A DNA stretch of 64,000 nt from Felis catus (GCF_018350175.1 NC_058378.1:83948001-84012000); one strand, 5' to 3'; counted from the stretch's first letter, positions 36,734 to 49,803 are shown. The notes: generated from the letters alone by a model not told the origin. Program-made: numbers and translations.

Positions 36734-37714
36734 ACAAACACTTTGATACATCATGGTCAAATCATAAAAAAATAATAAAAAAAATTTAAAAAAACAGTGA
36801 AAATCTTGAAGACAGCCAAAGAATAGAAATATTATATACAAGGAAACAAAGATGAGAAATATCAGAAACTTCATGCCAGACACTTTGAAAGCAAGCAATA
36901 ATAGTGACATTTTTAAAGTAATAAGGAAAAAAGCATTATTAACCAATAATTTTATAGCCAGTAAAAATACCTTTTCAAAGGAAAGCAAAACAAATCCTAT
37001 TTCATAGAAAAAAAAAAGCCGAGCAAATTCATTGTCAGAAACACACCACATAAATAAATAAATAAATAAATAAATAAATGGGAGTTTTTCAGACAGAAGC
37101 AGTATGATACCAGATAAGACTTAAGTTCTACACAAATGCATGCAGACCTCCAAAAACATTGTAAAAATGTTGGTAAATATGAAATAATTCCTTAATATTT
37201 TTAATTTAATTAAAGGATGTTTGTGTAAGGCAAACAAAGTAAAAATATATTATGAGTTTATAGCATATGTAGAATAAATTGTATAACAACCTAGCACAAC
37301 GGATGAGAGAGAAGAAATGAAAATTTATTGTTGTAAGATCAGTATGTCTACTTGAAGTCACATAATAGTATTTCAAGGTGACTGAGAAAAGGTAAAAATG
37401 TATATCATAAACCCTAGAGTAGCCTATAAAAAAATAAAAATGATACAACTAGCAAACCAATTGTGGAGATTAATTTGAATTATAAAAAATAATCCAAAAG
37501 AAAACAGTAAATGAGAAAAAAGAAACAAAAAATAAGCGGGATAAATATAAAACGAATAGCACCCAAATATATTAGTACTATAGTACTAATCATTAAACTT
37601 TATCAGTACTTACATTAAATGTAAATGGTTTATACACCCCAATTAAAAGGCAGAGATTGTCACATTGGACAAAAAAAAGCAAGACCTAACTTTATGCTAT
37701 TGATAAAATATCCA

Positions 37715-37895
37715 NNNNNNNNNNNNNNNNNNNNNNNNNNNNNNNNNNNNNNNNNNNNNNNNNNNNNNNNNNNNNNNNNNNNNNNNNNNNNNNNNNNNNN
37801 NNNNNNNNNNNNNNNNNNNNNNNNNNNNNNNNNNNNNNNNNNNNNNNNNNNNNNNNNNNNNNNNNNNNNNNNNNNNNNNNNNNNNNNNNNNNNNN
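37715..37895. other. N-run (181 nt) inside L1 ORF2
   Basis: Run of N seen directly. Confidence 0.99.
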
Positions 37896-38081
37896 CACTA
37901 ATTAAAAACTAAAATAAAGCTGGAATTGCTATTTTAATATTGGGTAAATTTTGGTAAATAATGTTACAAGGGACAAAGACAAGCATTAGATAATAATAAA
38001 GAGATGACTTCATCAAGAAGATACAACTTTATTAGATGTGTATGCAGTTAATAATAGAGCCTCAAAAATACATAAAAATCC

Positions 38082-38300
38082 AGGAGCCTAGGCAGCTCAG
38101 TTGGTTGAGTGTCTGACTCTTTGTTTTGGGTCAGGTCATGATCTCATGGTTTCGTGGGTTCAAACCCCACATCAGGCTCCGCACTGGCAGGGCAGAGCCT
38201 GCTTGGAATTCTGTCTCCCTCTCTCTCTCTGCACCCCTGCCTATGCTGTGTTTGTCTCTCAAAATAAATAAAAAAATAAATAAATAAACTTAAAAAAAGT
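38082..38300 (+). mobile_element. Can-SINE inserted in L1 ORF2
   Basis: SINE body with (TAAA) tail; TSD aatacataaaaat at 38067-38079 and 38301-38313. Confidence 0.93.
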
Positions 38301-38395
38301 AATACATAAAAATTGACAAAACTGAAAGGAGAAATGAAAAAATTCATAGTTATATTTGGAAATTTCAACTCTGATATGTTACTAGAAAGTATGCA

Positions 38396-38598
38396 GGATG
38401 CCTGGGTGGCTTGGTCACTTAAATGTACGGCTTCAGCTCAGGTCATGAGTTCATGAGTTCATGAGTTCATGAGTTCAAGCCTCGCATCAGGGTCTGTGCT
38501 GTCAGCTCAAAGCCTGAAGCCTGCTTTGGATTTTGTGTCTTTTTCTCTCTCTTATTCCCCAACTCACACTCTGTTTAATTTTTTTTTTAATTTTTAAA
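38396..38598 (+). mobile_element. Can-SINE with an internal (TCATGAGT)4 expansion
   Basis: ggatgcctgggtggcttggtc...; TSD aaagtatgca / aaagcatgca. Confidence 0.9.
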
Positions 38599-39036
38599 AA
38601 AGCATGCATTCATACTGCCCTCTCAAGAGCTAAAGTCTTGTTGGAGCTGGAGGTACTGCTTCTATTTTGTGTATCTGACTCTTTGGATGTGTGTGTGGAA
38701 CTCTAATGAATGTCAGAGCAGTGAGGGACAGGGGTCCATGTGGAAAAAATCAGGAACCATGTAGTCACACTGTGTGTGTCCCTGGCTTCTCCAGTACTTT
38801 TCTGATCCATAATAACTTCAGAAGATTTTGGCTCCACTTAGGCTCTATGTCCCTTAAATGGTTATACGGGACACTGAGAATGAAATATACATTGCACACT
38901 TTGGAATGATTGATAATAACACACAACAGTAACCTAGATAACATCAGAGCACCACATAGCACTCAGGTTAAGCTTCTTATCTGTCTTTAACTATCTGAGA
39001 CACATTGGTTTAACCATAATCACACCAAGGTAGGTG

Positions 39037-39039
39037 GAG

Positions 39040-39078
<39 letters not shown>
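39037..39078. repeat. (GA)n microsatellite
   Basis: Seen directly. Confidence 0.95.
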
Positions 39079-39083
<5 letters not shown>

Positions 39084-39124
39084 AGCTGACAAGAAATTTT
39101 TTTTAACTTGTGATTAAAATATTA

Positions 39125-39352
39125 GTAATAACAACAAGAATAACAGGTACTACTAGAAAGTACCTCCAGGTTCTAAGCACAATGCAAATAACTCTGCATT
39201 GACACCTTCAATCCTACCCACAATCCTCTGGGCACAATTAGCCTCATTTTCCGTATGGAGATCATGAGGGTTGGGGCTGTTACACACTGCCTGCCCAGGT
39301 CACTCCACTGTTAAATGGTAAAGTTGAGATTGAAACCCAAGTTTGCCTGAAT
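39125..39352 (-). mobile_element. MIR SINE
   Basis: ccaggttctaagcac...attagcctcattttccgtatggagatcatgagg...tgcccaggtcac...ttgaaacccaagtttgcctga. Confidence 0.75.
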
Positions 39353-41302
39353 GAGCTAATCTCACTTAAGTATGGTGGTGAAGAACAATGACTTTGAAGC
39401 CAAATATTTACTGAACATTCCCTTTGGTCAAGAAGCCAATTAGAAACTATGAAGGCACGTGGGCTAACAGAGTCTTTATGGGTAGTCTGGTGGCAATGCA
39501 AACAGCCCCAAACTCATGAAGCCGGCTCCCAGGACCACGATCACAGGGCACAGGTGATTGGAAGGAGGTTGCTGATGGTCATTTCAAAGGGCAAACAGAT
39601 TAAAATCTACTCTTTTGTCTTCCCCCAAACAGTACTTGTTCTCAGGGATAGAAAAAATATATACACAGCCTTTAAATTTACTTCACTGTCTGTTTTGAAT
39701 AATTTTGTATAAGGTGAATAAGCCCTCTAATTCATCATCTCAGATTAAAATCAGAATTTTTAGAAGGGCATGCAAAGAATAAATTCAGTCTTCCTGGATG
39801 CGTAAGACCAACTGGGGTGGGGAGACACTATTTTTCCACTACCACTTATTTATTCAGGGGATAAATGAGGCAAAAATCCAGAGTTTTTGGCCTGAGGCAT
39901 TTTTAGTTACTTTCTAAAAGATTGTGGTTTGAGAGCGATGGGTGCTTTAGGGTATGAGCACGCCAAATGCTGCCAGGGAGGGGGTATAGTTGTGGTCTGC
40001 TCCTTCTAGACTTCCCAGCAAGGACAGGCCAGGCACTCGGTCATATCAAAAGGGGGCTTCAGGTGACCCTGCAGGGTACACCCTGAATCTCCCAAATGCA
40101 AGCCCCACATTCCACCTCTGCTCCTGGCTACACATACAGCCTTACCTGAGCACACACCCCACCACAGCGCATTCGGAGACCCGGCCTCCGGTACCAGGAC
40201 TGATGTGAGGCTGTGAACAGTCTGGACTCTCTCTGATATATGACGTGAGAGGGAAGAAGACTGTACAGGCCGGGCTTCAAGGATTACTGAACATTCCTCT
40301 TCCAACTTCCTGTCTCCCTCCTCTGGCAGCGAGGACGGCCTGGCTTTACGATGGGTCTCGGCGGCGAGGCCACGTATGCGAGAAAGGGTGGGAGGGTGTC
40401 TCTTACCAAACTGCTCAGTTCGAATACCAGCCTGAAACAACCCACTTAAAAACTCAGAAACTCTATTAAGCTTGTATATATTTTTCTTTCATAATTAATA
40501 CATACGTTAGTTTTGACGAAATGTGTGTTACCGGTATGGCGACACAACCTAACCAGCTAACAGTATTGCAGTCCAAGTAAAATAAATAATTATGTGAGTA
40601 TTTATGCCATCTGAAACCCACACCCTTAACTACAATGACACCTTATTTACTTTCTTTCATCCTTCTAGTATTTTGATGAATATATGGTGGTGGTGGGCGA
40701 AAGAACCTGGTTCCCAAAAGGAGCAGAACTCTCATTGTCTCGCGCAGGCATGAAAATGCTTGTGTTTTGCAAAGCCCACCAGCTGCACGAGAAAAAGCAA
40801 ATTCTAATTAATACTGTCCCCAAATCTCTCTTCTTTTGTTTGGCATCTTTCTTTTTCTTTCTCTCTCTCTGTCTCTCTCTCTCTCTCTCTTTTGACATGG
40901 CTCACATTGGCACAGGCATGGAAAGTGTGCTCTGTGCTCACAGGAGAATTTTAATTTATTGATGCTTCTTGCCCCTACGGTACATTCCGGCCCCTATTTG
41001 AGGGTAATGGACGAAGCAGATGTTTGACACCACAGCACCTCTTCCTCACTTCACTCTTCAAAACCAGTTTTACAAGTACTTACTCGCATGGGTTCCCATT
41101 GACACAGGAAGCTGAGGTCATCGTGAAACATGAGGCTGGGGCAGGAGCCTGAACTCATGTGCTCCGCAGCTGGGCCTCCATCTGAGCGCGTTACCGATTT
41201 ATGAAACAGCCATAATTTTCAGCTTATGGACAAAGAAATAAAAGTGTTGACACCATTATGGTAACATCTGTGAAGGGAAAAATACGAGCCGATTTCTAAG
41301 TG

Positions 41303-41442
41303 NNNNNNNNNNNNNNNNNNNNNNNNNNNNNNNNNNNNNNNNNNNNNNNNNNNNNNNNNNNNNNNNNNNNNNNNNNNNNNNNNNNNNNNNNNNNNNNNNN
41401 NNNNNNNNNNNNNNNNNNNNNNNNNNNNNNNNNNNNNNNNNN
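41303..41442. other. N-run (140 nt)
   Basis: Run of N seen directly. Confidence 0.99.
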
Positions 41443-43744
41443 CCTCGTGATTTGTTGGGTTTGCAAAGTTAGGCTAATTGGAAAAGCAAGAGTCCTTCTG
41501 AGAGCTCTCCTGCCTTGGTTCCTGCTCGCCTGGGTGGAGCAGATCTCTGTTAGCATCACCAAGGGGTACAACTGGGCAGGGTCCAAGAGGATTCCCAGGC
41601 TTGCACTCTGAACCATATTTTTGTCATCAGTGGAGGGACTACTGGAGGTTCTGTGTCTCCACCCTACCCTAACCATCCTTGCAGACAAACTTCTGTAATT
41701 GCAGGGATCGGTGTTGAGGGATGCATTTGAAGGGAAGGCTCTGGAATGTTCTGGTTTTCCATTTATGGATGAGAAGCTGGCCTCACTAGCTAAGACACTG
41801 AGGACATGTCTATCTTATGACAACAGGAAAACACCTGGGTGATCCAAGCCCTTCTGTTTACAATGGGCAGAGGTGACATCGGATCCACAAACTTAATCCA
41901 ACAGGTAATCCCTTCTACCTGGTGGATCTGTCTTCAAAGCATTGTACCATGAAGACAACTAGTAGTGTGGGTGGTTGATGGGGCCACCATAATGCCGGAT
42001 AAGTACCTAACATCGTGTGCGTGTGTGCACACATGTGTGTGCATGCTAGAGGAGTTGGAGAAGTGGCACAGAGTGTTCTGTCCTAGCTTTCCATATAACT
42101 TCTGAGAGTGAGTTCAAACATTTTGCCTATAAGGCCTGTTTGGGGGAGCAGGGAGATTAGCCCTGGGGATCTTACCCTAGCCATACTGAGGCAGCAGCTC
42201 TTCCCCTATAGAACGCAATTCAGGCAACTAGGGTGGCTTCCTCGGCCCCATCCGTCACCTCACTGCACCACCCCCTTGCCTGCTGAAATCAGATGCAAAA
42301 TACTAGAACCCTGACAGTCACTCTTCAGCCATTTAAAGCCAGCCATCTCTTTGCATTTGCTGTAATAAATCCAAGCTCGTTTTAACTTAAAAGTGTCCAT
42401 TGTCAGCCCTGTAAGATGTCAAGCTCATGAGATGATGAACCTTCCTTTCTTGTGGACTCATCCACCCCAATGCTTACATCAACTCCTGGCCCTGTAAGTC
42501 TTGCCTTTGCTTCGATTTCCTACAAAACAGTGGAGGCAAAGCTTGAGTGTGTGCCAATGTCCTACTGAAAGATGAAATTCCAGGCTGGGGAGAGTGAAGG
42601 AAGAGAGGATTGAAGTAGGGTGGGCAGCAAATGTAAGGTGATATGTCACCTCCCTGGCTCTGCTTTGCCATAAACTCCAAGCTACCCGGAGATGGCCGGA
42701 CAGGTGCACCCTCTCAAACTGATGAGATGGCACCAGATGGACTGTATGGAAAAACCATGCCCAGAGTGGCGACTGCTGCAGGGAGCGATGCAGAGGAACT
42801 GGCCCCTGCCTCCCGTTGGTCCAAGTGCTCCCAACATGGAGTCAAGTCCCACTCACACCTGGGTCTCATCACCAGAGAAAGCCCTTCACGTGATGATACA
42901 AAGTCCATCTGCCTAGTCAAGACCTGGCATTTAGAAATCTAAGACCACGGTGATCTGTGTTTAAATACTGATGATTATGGGCTACTCTGTCACTGCACCT
43001 GCATCGCAGGTATAGAGACATAATCCACACGATCGTCATTTCTGCCAGGTTGACCGAAAGACAGCACCAGGAAACAACTCTCCACCCTCAAAAGCATGAG
43101 GCTGAGCCTTTCACAGTAGAAGACAAATGACCCTGTCTTTGATACGTAGTGCCACCTCTAACAAAAAAAAAAAAAATTACAATAATATGATCATGATTCA
43201 CTTCCAGGAAGTCATTTGGATGCGTGCCGATGAGAAATGTCTGGCAGACCGCAATGCATTTGTCTTTCTTCTACCCGCCACGCCACAGCAAATTCAGGTC
43301 AGATCATTAGCACTTGTCTCTGTGCCTTATGCTTTCTGAATTTCTGCAGTACCATGAGTAGGAGGGAAAAGTTCTGAAACCTTCCATGAGGTTGTTGTTG
43401 CCATGGAAACCACTCCCTTGGAATTCTCATACTTATTCCCAGTTGGTGAACAGGAGATAGTCCAAACCAAATACTGAAAGAGTTCTAAAAGCCAGGCAGA
43501 AGACAAGAGGGCACGGGGAGGTTGGGGGAGTCCCCAGAAGGCTGATGGTAAGGATAAAGGAGTCAGGGAGGAGGAGGAGACAACCTTCCATCTGCCTTCT
43601 GTCTGGTGAAGACATGTGGACGCCCCATACCTGTCCTTATAAGGTGTCAACCAGGGAGCTTCGTGCCCAGTCACAACACGCACTATGGGCTGGGCCTGCG
43701 TGATGTTTGCAGAGCTCGACCGACCTCGTCCTATCACCTTCCTT

Positions 43745-43875
43745 TTCAACTAACCAGCTGCATGACCTTGGGTGAGCCCTGCCCACTTTCCAGGCTTGGG
43801 TGCCTGCACCTCTATAAATGAAGGTTCTGGAATGGCTATGATCCAAGGTGTCTCTCTGCTCTAGGGATTTATGAT
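43745..43875 (+). mobile_element. MIR3-like SINE fragment
   Basis: actaaccagctgcatgaccttgggtgagccc...cacctctataaatgaagg...tccaaggtgtctctctgctctagggatttatgat. Confidence 0.7.
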
Positions 43876-45399
43876 GCCCTCAAATGCAATGGCAGAAGCT
43901 GTGGCTCCTGGCTGGCTGATCGGGCTCTTTTCCCGCAGTGGGTCCAAAACTAAGATCCCCAATAAGATTAGGTGTGAAGGTGCCTCGTTGGTAGAAAGAT
44001 CCTTGCAGGTGTGACGGTGCCAGGTATTTCCTCGGAGGGAGTTGGTCATTGTGGCTGACTTTACTTGGTTTCCTCAGAAATCATTGTCAGTACATTTTCC
44101 ATTTGTTTTCAAACCGTTTCCAATAATACTGTGAAGAATGAGGACAGTGGACAGAGACAAGAACACTTCTGTCCTTACGAGTAGTTAAGGGGGTCTGACG
44201 GCTATGACTACTCTAGTCTCTCAAACGAAGGGACGGGATCGGAGAAGTCGAATGGCAGGGAGCCACAAAGACAGGACATGTATGAGACATTCCGTTCCAA
44301 GCCTCTCCTTCTGCCCAGCGCCAGCCTCTGGTTCAATCGCCTCTCAATTCAAGAGGAAAAGAATGCTTGCCCTATTGTCAGGCACCCTATTTCATTGCTA
44401 GGAGAGCCTATGGATTTGAACTTGAACCTTGGCCCTCCTTGAAGGCTTGTGAGTAGTATTTTGCAAACAATGGATTGCTGCCCCAAGGAGACATGAATGT
44501 GTGTTAAAATTTTAAGATGCGTTCTTGCTGGATCAGACTTAAAGAGAAAGACTTTGAATCTGCCCTCCAGGCTGGGGAGGGTGCAGGGTGAATGGCAAAG
44601 ATGGGAAAAGACAGGAGGGGTGAGCCCTATCAGAGGAGGAGGATAGATGTCTGTTCCTCCAGACATCTGCCAACCCTGGAGGAGGACAGGGGGATCTAGC
44701 AGGGGATGTTGACTTAGAGACAGGTCACTCACGGAGTGGGGTGGGGGGGGCTCTGGGCCCTCCCCCAAAGCAACGCGGATAGCCGTCCGCATCCTTTCTA
44801 TCCGGTGCACCCAAAATTTTGTATGGGCATAAAGAATGGTGATTTGTACAAGAAAAGCTATTTCTCCTTGAGCAGGTGTTAAAAGTCGAATTTCAAAATT
44901 TCGGTGTGTGCGTGTGCGGGAGGCAAAGGGAGGGGAGAGAATAAGGGGAAGAAAAGGGGCCCTGAAATATGCATAAGCCGGGTACTAATTGGAGCACATT
45001 TTCCCCGAGTTTAAGGTAGCTTATACTATGACGGTGCCAGACTATTCAACAAATGTCTCAGGTTATTTGGGTTTTTTGTTTGTTTGTTTCTGATTTTTTT
45101 TTCCATTTCTAACCGGTTCATTCATATTAGGGAACAAAGCATCCATATTTTAAGACTGATTTATGACTATATCCTGCTACAAACCAGTTTAGCATTCAGT
45201 CCCCTCCATTCCAAGCTGAATTAAAATACTGACGTCTGCCAGGAGCACTCGGCTGAGATGAGTTTGAGGTTCTGTTGTTTTATTTTGCTTTGTTTTCAAA
45301 CACAGTACGAAATGATCTTAAGTGAAATTCCCAGGAATATAATTTGGGGCAAAGACAATCGAATGCTTAATGAACTCTATTCCCGAGCCTGCTATTTTT

Positions 45400-46260
45400 A
45401 TCCCCGGTCGTGTTCTCGGCTTTCGTGTCCCCACGCGGCAGAGGCAGAGCCGGGCCCGGGGCCCTCCCGGCTCCAGGAGGAAGGCGGCTTCCGCAGGTGT
45501 GCAGCTCGGCCGTCCTTTCCACCCCCGCCACCCGGAGGCACTTGTGGGCTGGCGCGGGGACACACGCGGAGACATCCCGACTTCCACCTCCTCGGCAGAT
45601 TGCAATAAACATTCACAGCAGGAAGGAGGCCGTGTCTGGAGCCTGGAAGCTCATTTATAAGAAACTCTCATGAAGTCATCAGGGTCAAAGTTGATCTTCC
45701 TGTTATTAAACTTGGCTGAGAATGTGCCTGTGGACTTTGTCAGTAAGTCAACATTCTTCGTTTAAATGGAGTCCTAGCAGCAAAAGGTAAGGGCGCGCCT
45801 TCGACAGACCGCGGGCCAGCAAGGATGCTGCGGAGGAGAGCAGAGACCCGGCCCAGGCGCCGCTCCTCTCCCCGGGGCCTGCTCTTCCCAGGAGCACTTT
45901 CAGTCGGCACCTGGTCCCTCGGGTGGCTGCACTGCAGGCCACTGAGCGCATGTCACCGAGCTGACGACTTGAGACAGCCTTGGCCTGAGTCTCCTAGAGT
46001 GTGGGTGCAGCTGTGGTTGGCAGCGTCTTGTCTTAAAGGTCCCAGGGCTGCCGCTGCCCCGGGTGTGTCCCATTCGCACCAGGGAGCCTTGCGGCCGGCC
46101 AGACGGCTGTTTCTGGAAGCACACACCGTCACAGAGACTTTACTCCCTAGGTTAAGCGGGGTCTCACTGGCCCTAGCCAGCCCGACTCCCCCCAAGCTGC
46201 GAAACCCCAGAGGCATTTATCATCCACCCTGAGAGAGTGGTTTCCAACGTCCGGATCTCC
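45400..46260. promoter_or_regulatory. CpG-rich, GC-rich patch (weak orphan CpG-island or enhancer candidate)
   Basis: Dense CpGs and ccgg/gcgc sites; no TATA box or exon structure recognised. Confidence 0.4.
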
Positions 46261-46514
46261 GTGGCAAGCACTCAGGTGGTTTGTTTTCCAGCCGAAGCTG
46301 CTGCCAGCTTTCTGCTGCTGTGGACCCCAGCTGTCACCTTCTCCTGGGTCTTCCTCCTTTCCTTCGCCATACTGAAAAGGCATTTCCGAAATTCTTAATG
46401 TTTTAGACACATTGTGCGATTGGATTGTGAAATCCGCCAGGAGGAGGGACTGGCCTGCCTCTCAACCCGTCTCCGTCTCCTTGAGGAACCTTTAGTGTTT
46501 TCACAGCTGCCTGT

Positions 46515-46660
46515 GCGTTCTCATTTGGCTCTCACAACTCGTGGCCGCAAGTAGGGGGCTATTATTCCCATTTCTCAGGTAAGGAAGTGGAGGTGAAGGA
46601 AACTGCGCACAGCCATGCAAGTGTAGCAGCTGGGACCGGAGCTCGGGCCCGATCTCTCCG
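46515..46660 (-). mobile_element. MIR SINE fragment
   Basis: tctcatttggctctcacaac...tattattcccatttctcaggtaaggaagtggagg. Confidence 0.7.
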
Positions 46661-48801
46661 CTCTGGGGCTGCTGGCCAGCCGCGCTCACAGTCACCGCAG
46701 CGCTGTTAGGGGTTTGCCCTGGAAAAGGGCACCCAACACTGAGATCCCAGTGCACAATCTAACAATCTGATTTTTTTTTTTTTCTTTTCCTTTTACAATC
46801 ATCCTGCCCTTAGGTCATTGCGAAACCTCCCGCCAGGGCGGCCGTGCGACCTAATGCTCACGTCCGGAGCCCGTGTGCACACACCTACACCGCAGCAGCG
46901 GGAACAGAAAGAGCAGGGGCGGGAGGTCTGTGGGGAGCAGGGGGGGAGGACGGCAGGGTGTCAGCACCCAGGAGCCCTGGAAGTCCTCAGGGAGGGAGCC
47001 AGACTTCACGGAAGATCCAAGTCCAGAGTGGTTTTAGCTGGAAGCAAGGGGAGCTTCAAGGAGGCCAGACAGCTGGCTGAACTTCACCCCGTGGGCCCCA
47101 GGGAGCCACCAAGGACTACGGCGATGTGGCGGTTGCACTTTCAGATTTGTGTCTAGGGGACTGTCCCTCTGGCAGAAGGGAGGAGGGAAACCAGGTGCAG
47201 CAGCAGGGGGACAGGCCCAGAAGGAAGAGAAAGCAAGTGAGAAAATGGCAAGTCACGAAAGCCAAGGGCTGCGGGCCTGGGGAGGAGGCCTGATCGGCAG
47301 AGTCCCAGAGGAAGAATCCATGGGGAGATTTCTGGGTTGGGGGTGTGGGGGCTGTGGCTGTCCACAGTCTGGAGAGGAGAGTCTCAGAGGAATAGGACTT
47401 TCCAGGATATCACGGGGCTAGTGGGAAGGAGTCCCAGGCAGGTACTGACCATGGGGTACCCACAGAACATCTGACAGGAGGGGAGTGGTTGGACATTTGT
47501 ACCTAGAGGTCAGGTCCAGGCACAGGTGTCACTCAAGAGGAGACAGCACAGAGCTCCCAAGGGTGGGGTGTAAAGGGAGGCAAGAGGAGATACAGAGCAC
47601 GTATTGAGGTCTAGGCGGTGAATAGAGCCACACCTGTCCGGAGGGGTGGAGGGCCGCTAGAGGTGGTGCTGGCCAGGAGTCGGAAGAGCCCAAGGAAAGG
47701 TCGGCCATCTTCCTTTCTACCAAAGTGCAGGAAAGCCAAGCGTCACAGCCTCACCCCCGATGCCCTGGTGGTGTTTACTTCCGACAAGGACGCCCCAGCC
47801 CTGCAGCTGAAGGCACAGCCGGGATTCTCCGCGGTGCCTGGGGACGGGAGATTAGGGCTGTTGGGTTGTACCCCCCTCCTCTTCCGGGCCAAGCAGGTCA
47901 CTGTGCGAGCGAGAAGCACAAGCCGGCGAGAACGCTTCCTCAAGGGAGCTCCGGCCTTCCAGACCTCTGGGTCCGGTGGCCGAGTTGGCCCTGTGCTGCT
48001 CTGGCAGAGGGGAGGCCTGAGGCCAGCGGGGCGGGGCGCCCTGCAGGAACCCGGCTCAGCGAGGTTGTGTGCTTGCTCTGCGGAACACCTCCTCTTCCGC
48101 GGCCCTCGTCACCCTGGAAGAGGGGCCTCCACCAGGAGCACATGTCAGAAGAGCCCTCTGCTGCCAGCCCACGGGCCCAGCCAGGCAGCCCTGCTGACAA
48201 TCACGGAGGCCCTGCCAGGAAAGTGTCAGCGGGCGACATTGCTCCTGGCAACCAGAGCTGGCGCTTCTGAAGCCGCTGCCATCAGAGGCGGTTTGCCTCC
48301 TGGATGAAGGCGCTGTCTGGATGAGAGGCACACGGAGCAGCTCCCTTCAGAGTGACATACCAGCGTGACAGGGCGGCAGCGTGGTGACAGGACGTACCTG
48401 TGGCAAAGTGGAAGGTGTGCGCCTGGCTTCGTGAGGGCAACGCGCACGAGGAGGCCGGGCGTGTAAGGAAACGGTGATGGCACAAGTTTGGATTTCCCTG
48501 TGTTGTCAAAGTCGCCTCCATTATGCCAGTGCCCTAGGCTCACCTAGGCTCACCTGCTCCTGGAAATGTTCCTGTCCTTTCCCGACACCTGCCCCACGCA
48601 CACAGCCTGCAGCCCCTCCTCCGCTGGTTACAGACCAGCCCCTTCCCCGACTTTCTCCTCCCTCTGGGGCGAGGCTGGCCCTTCTTTCAGTCCTCTGTCC
48701 CTCCTTCACTCCCTCCTTCACTCCCTCCTGGGTGGAGCCCAGAGACACTGCAGAGGGCACGTGGCTTCTGGAGAGCGCTGAGGATACAAGTTGGGTTTAT
48801 C

Positions 48802-49118
48802 NNNNNNNNNNNNNNNNNNNNNNNNNNNNNNNNNNNNNNNNNNNNNNNNNNNNNNNNNNNNNNNNNNNNNNNNNNNNNNNNNNNNNNNNNNNNNNNNNNN
48901 NNNNNNNNNNNNNNNNNNNNNNNNNNNNNNNNNNNNNNNNNNNNNNNNNNNNNNNNNNNNNNNNNNNNNNNNNNNNNNNNNNNNNNNNNNNNNNNNNNNN
49001 NNNNNNNNNNNNNNNNNNNNNNNNNNNNNNNNNNNNNNNNNNNNNNNNNNNNNNNNNNNNNNNNNNNNNNNNNNNNNNNNNNNNNNNNNNNNNNNNNNNN
49101 NNNNNNNNNNNNNNNNNN
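48802..49118. other. N-run (317 nt)
   Basis: Run of N seen directly. Confidence 0.99.
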
Positions 49119-49654
49119 CAGTCAAGCCATCCTGGAATATTTGGGGAAAATTATTTTCTCAAGGATCAGATAAGAAATAGGCACGAGAGACCAACTTCAT
49201 TCAGTTCATGATGATTCTTATGGCAGAAACAAATCAGCATGAAATAAAAGTGACAGTGGCTAAAACGTACATGGCGAAACTGTCAGAAGAATTGAAATCT
49301 TTCGGCAGACCCAAGTCTGTAAAAATGATCTGGAAAATATTGAAGTTGAAAAATGTGATAACTGCAAATAGAAAGTATACACCGGCAAAAGCTAAAATTA
49401 GTAAAATATATATATCTGTGGACAAAAATACTGCTCTGTGAATCCTAGCTTGACTGCAAAATTTACGTGGGGGAATTAATTTTGATGAAATTAGAATTAA
49501 TTAGAATTAATCTTGATGAAAATAATTTTGCGAAATAATTCCCTGACCAACTGTCTGTACAACGGCTACATATTTCAAGTGTTTCTACTTTTATTTTAAA
49601 TGGATCAAAACAGATTTGTCCCAGAAAACACTGCCTCCACAAAAACTCAATGTT

Positions 49655-49803
49655 GGGTAGCCTGGGTGGCTCCGTCAGTTAAACGTCCGACCTCAGCTCA
49701 GGTCATGATCTCGTGGTTCGTGAGTTTGAACCCCATGTCAGGCTCAAGCAGCTGGAGCCTGCTTCGGATTCTGTGTCTCCTTCTCTCTGCCCCTCCACTG
49801 ACA
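49655..49803 (+). mobile_element. Can-SINE, internally deleted and lacking its A-tail
   Basis: gcctgggtggctccgtcagttaaacgtccgacctcagctcaggtcatgatctc...ctctctgcccctcc, then unrelated sequence. Confidence 0.9.

Larger units (their letters stand above)
34970..38375 (+). mobile_element. Old L1 (L1M4/L1MC-MD-like): 5' region, ORF1 and start of ORF2 endonuclease, all disrupted
   Basis: ORF1 remnants at 36430-37100; 37612 onward translates TLNVNGLYTPIKRQRLSHW (L1 endonuclease motif TLNVNGLNxPIKRxRL); KAGIAIL-, RDK- and YAVNNRASK-like motifs follow the gap. Confidence 0.88.
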
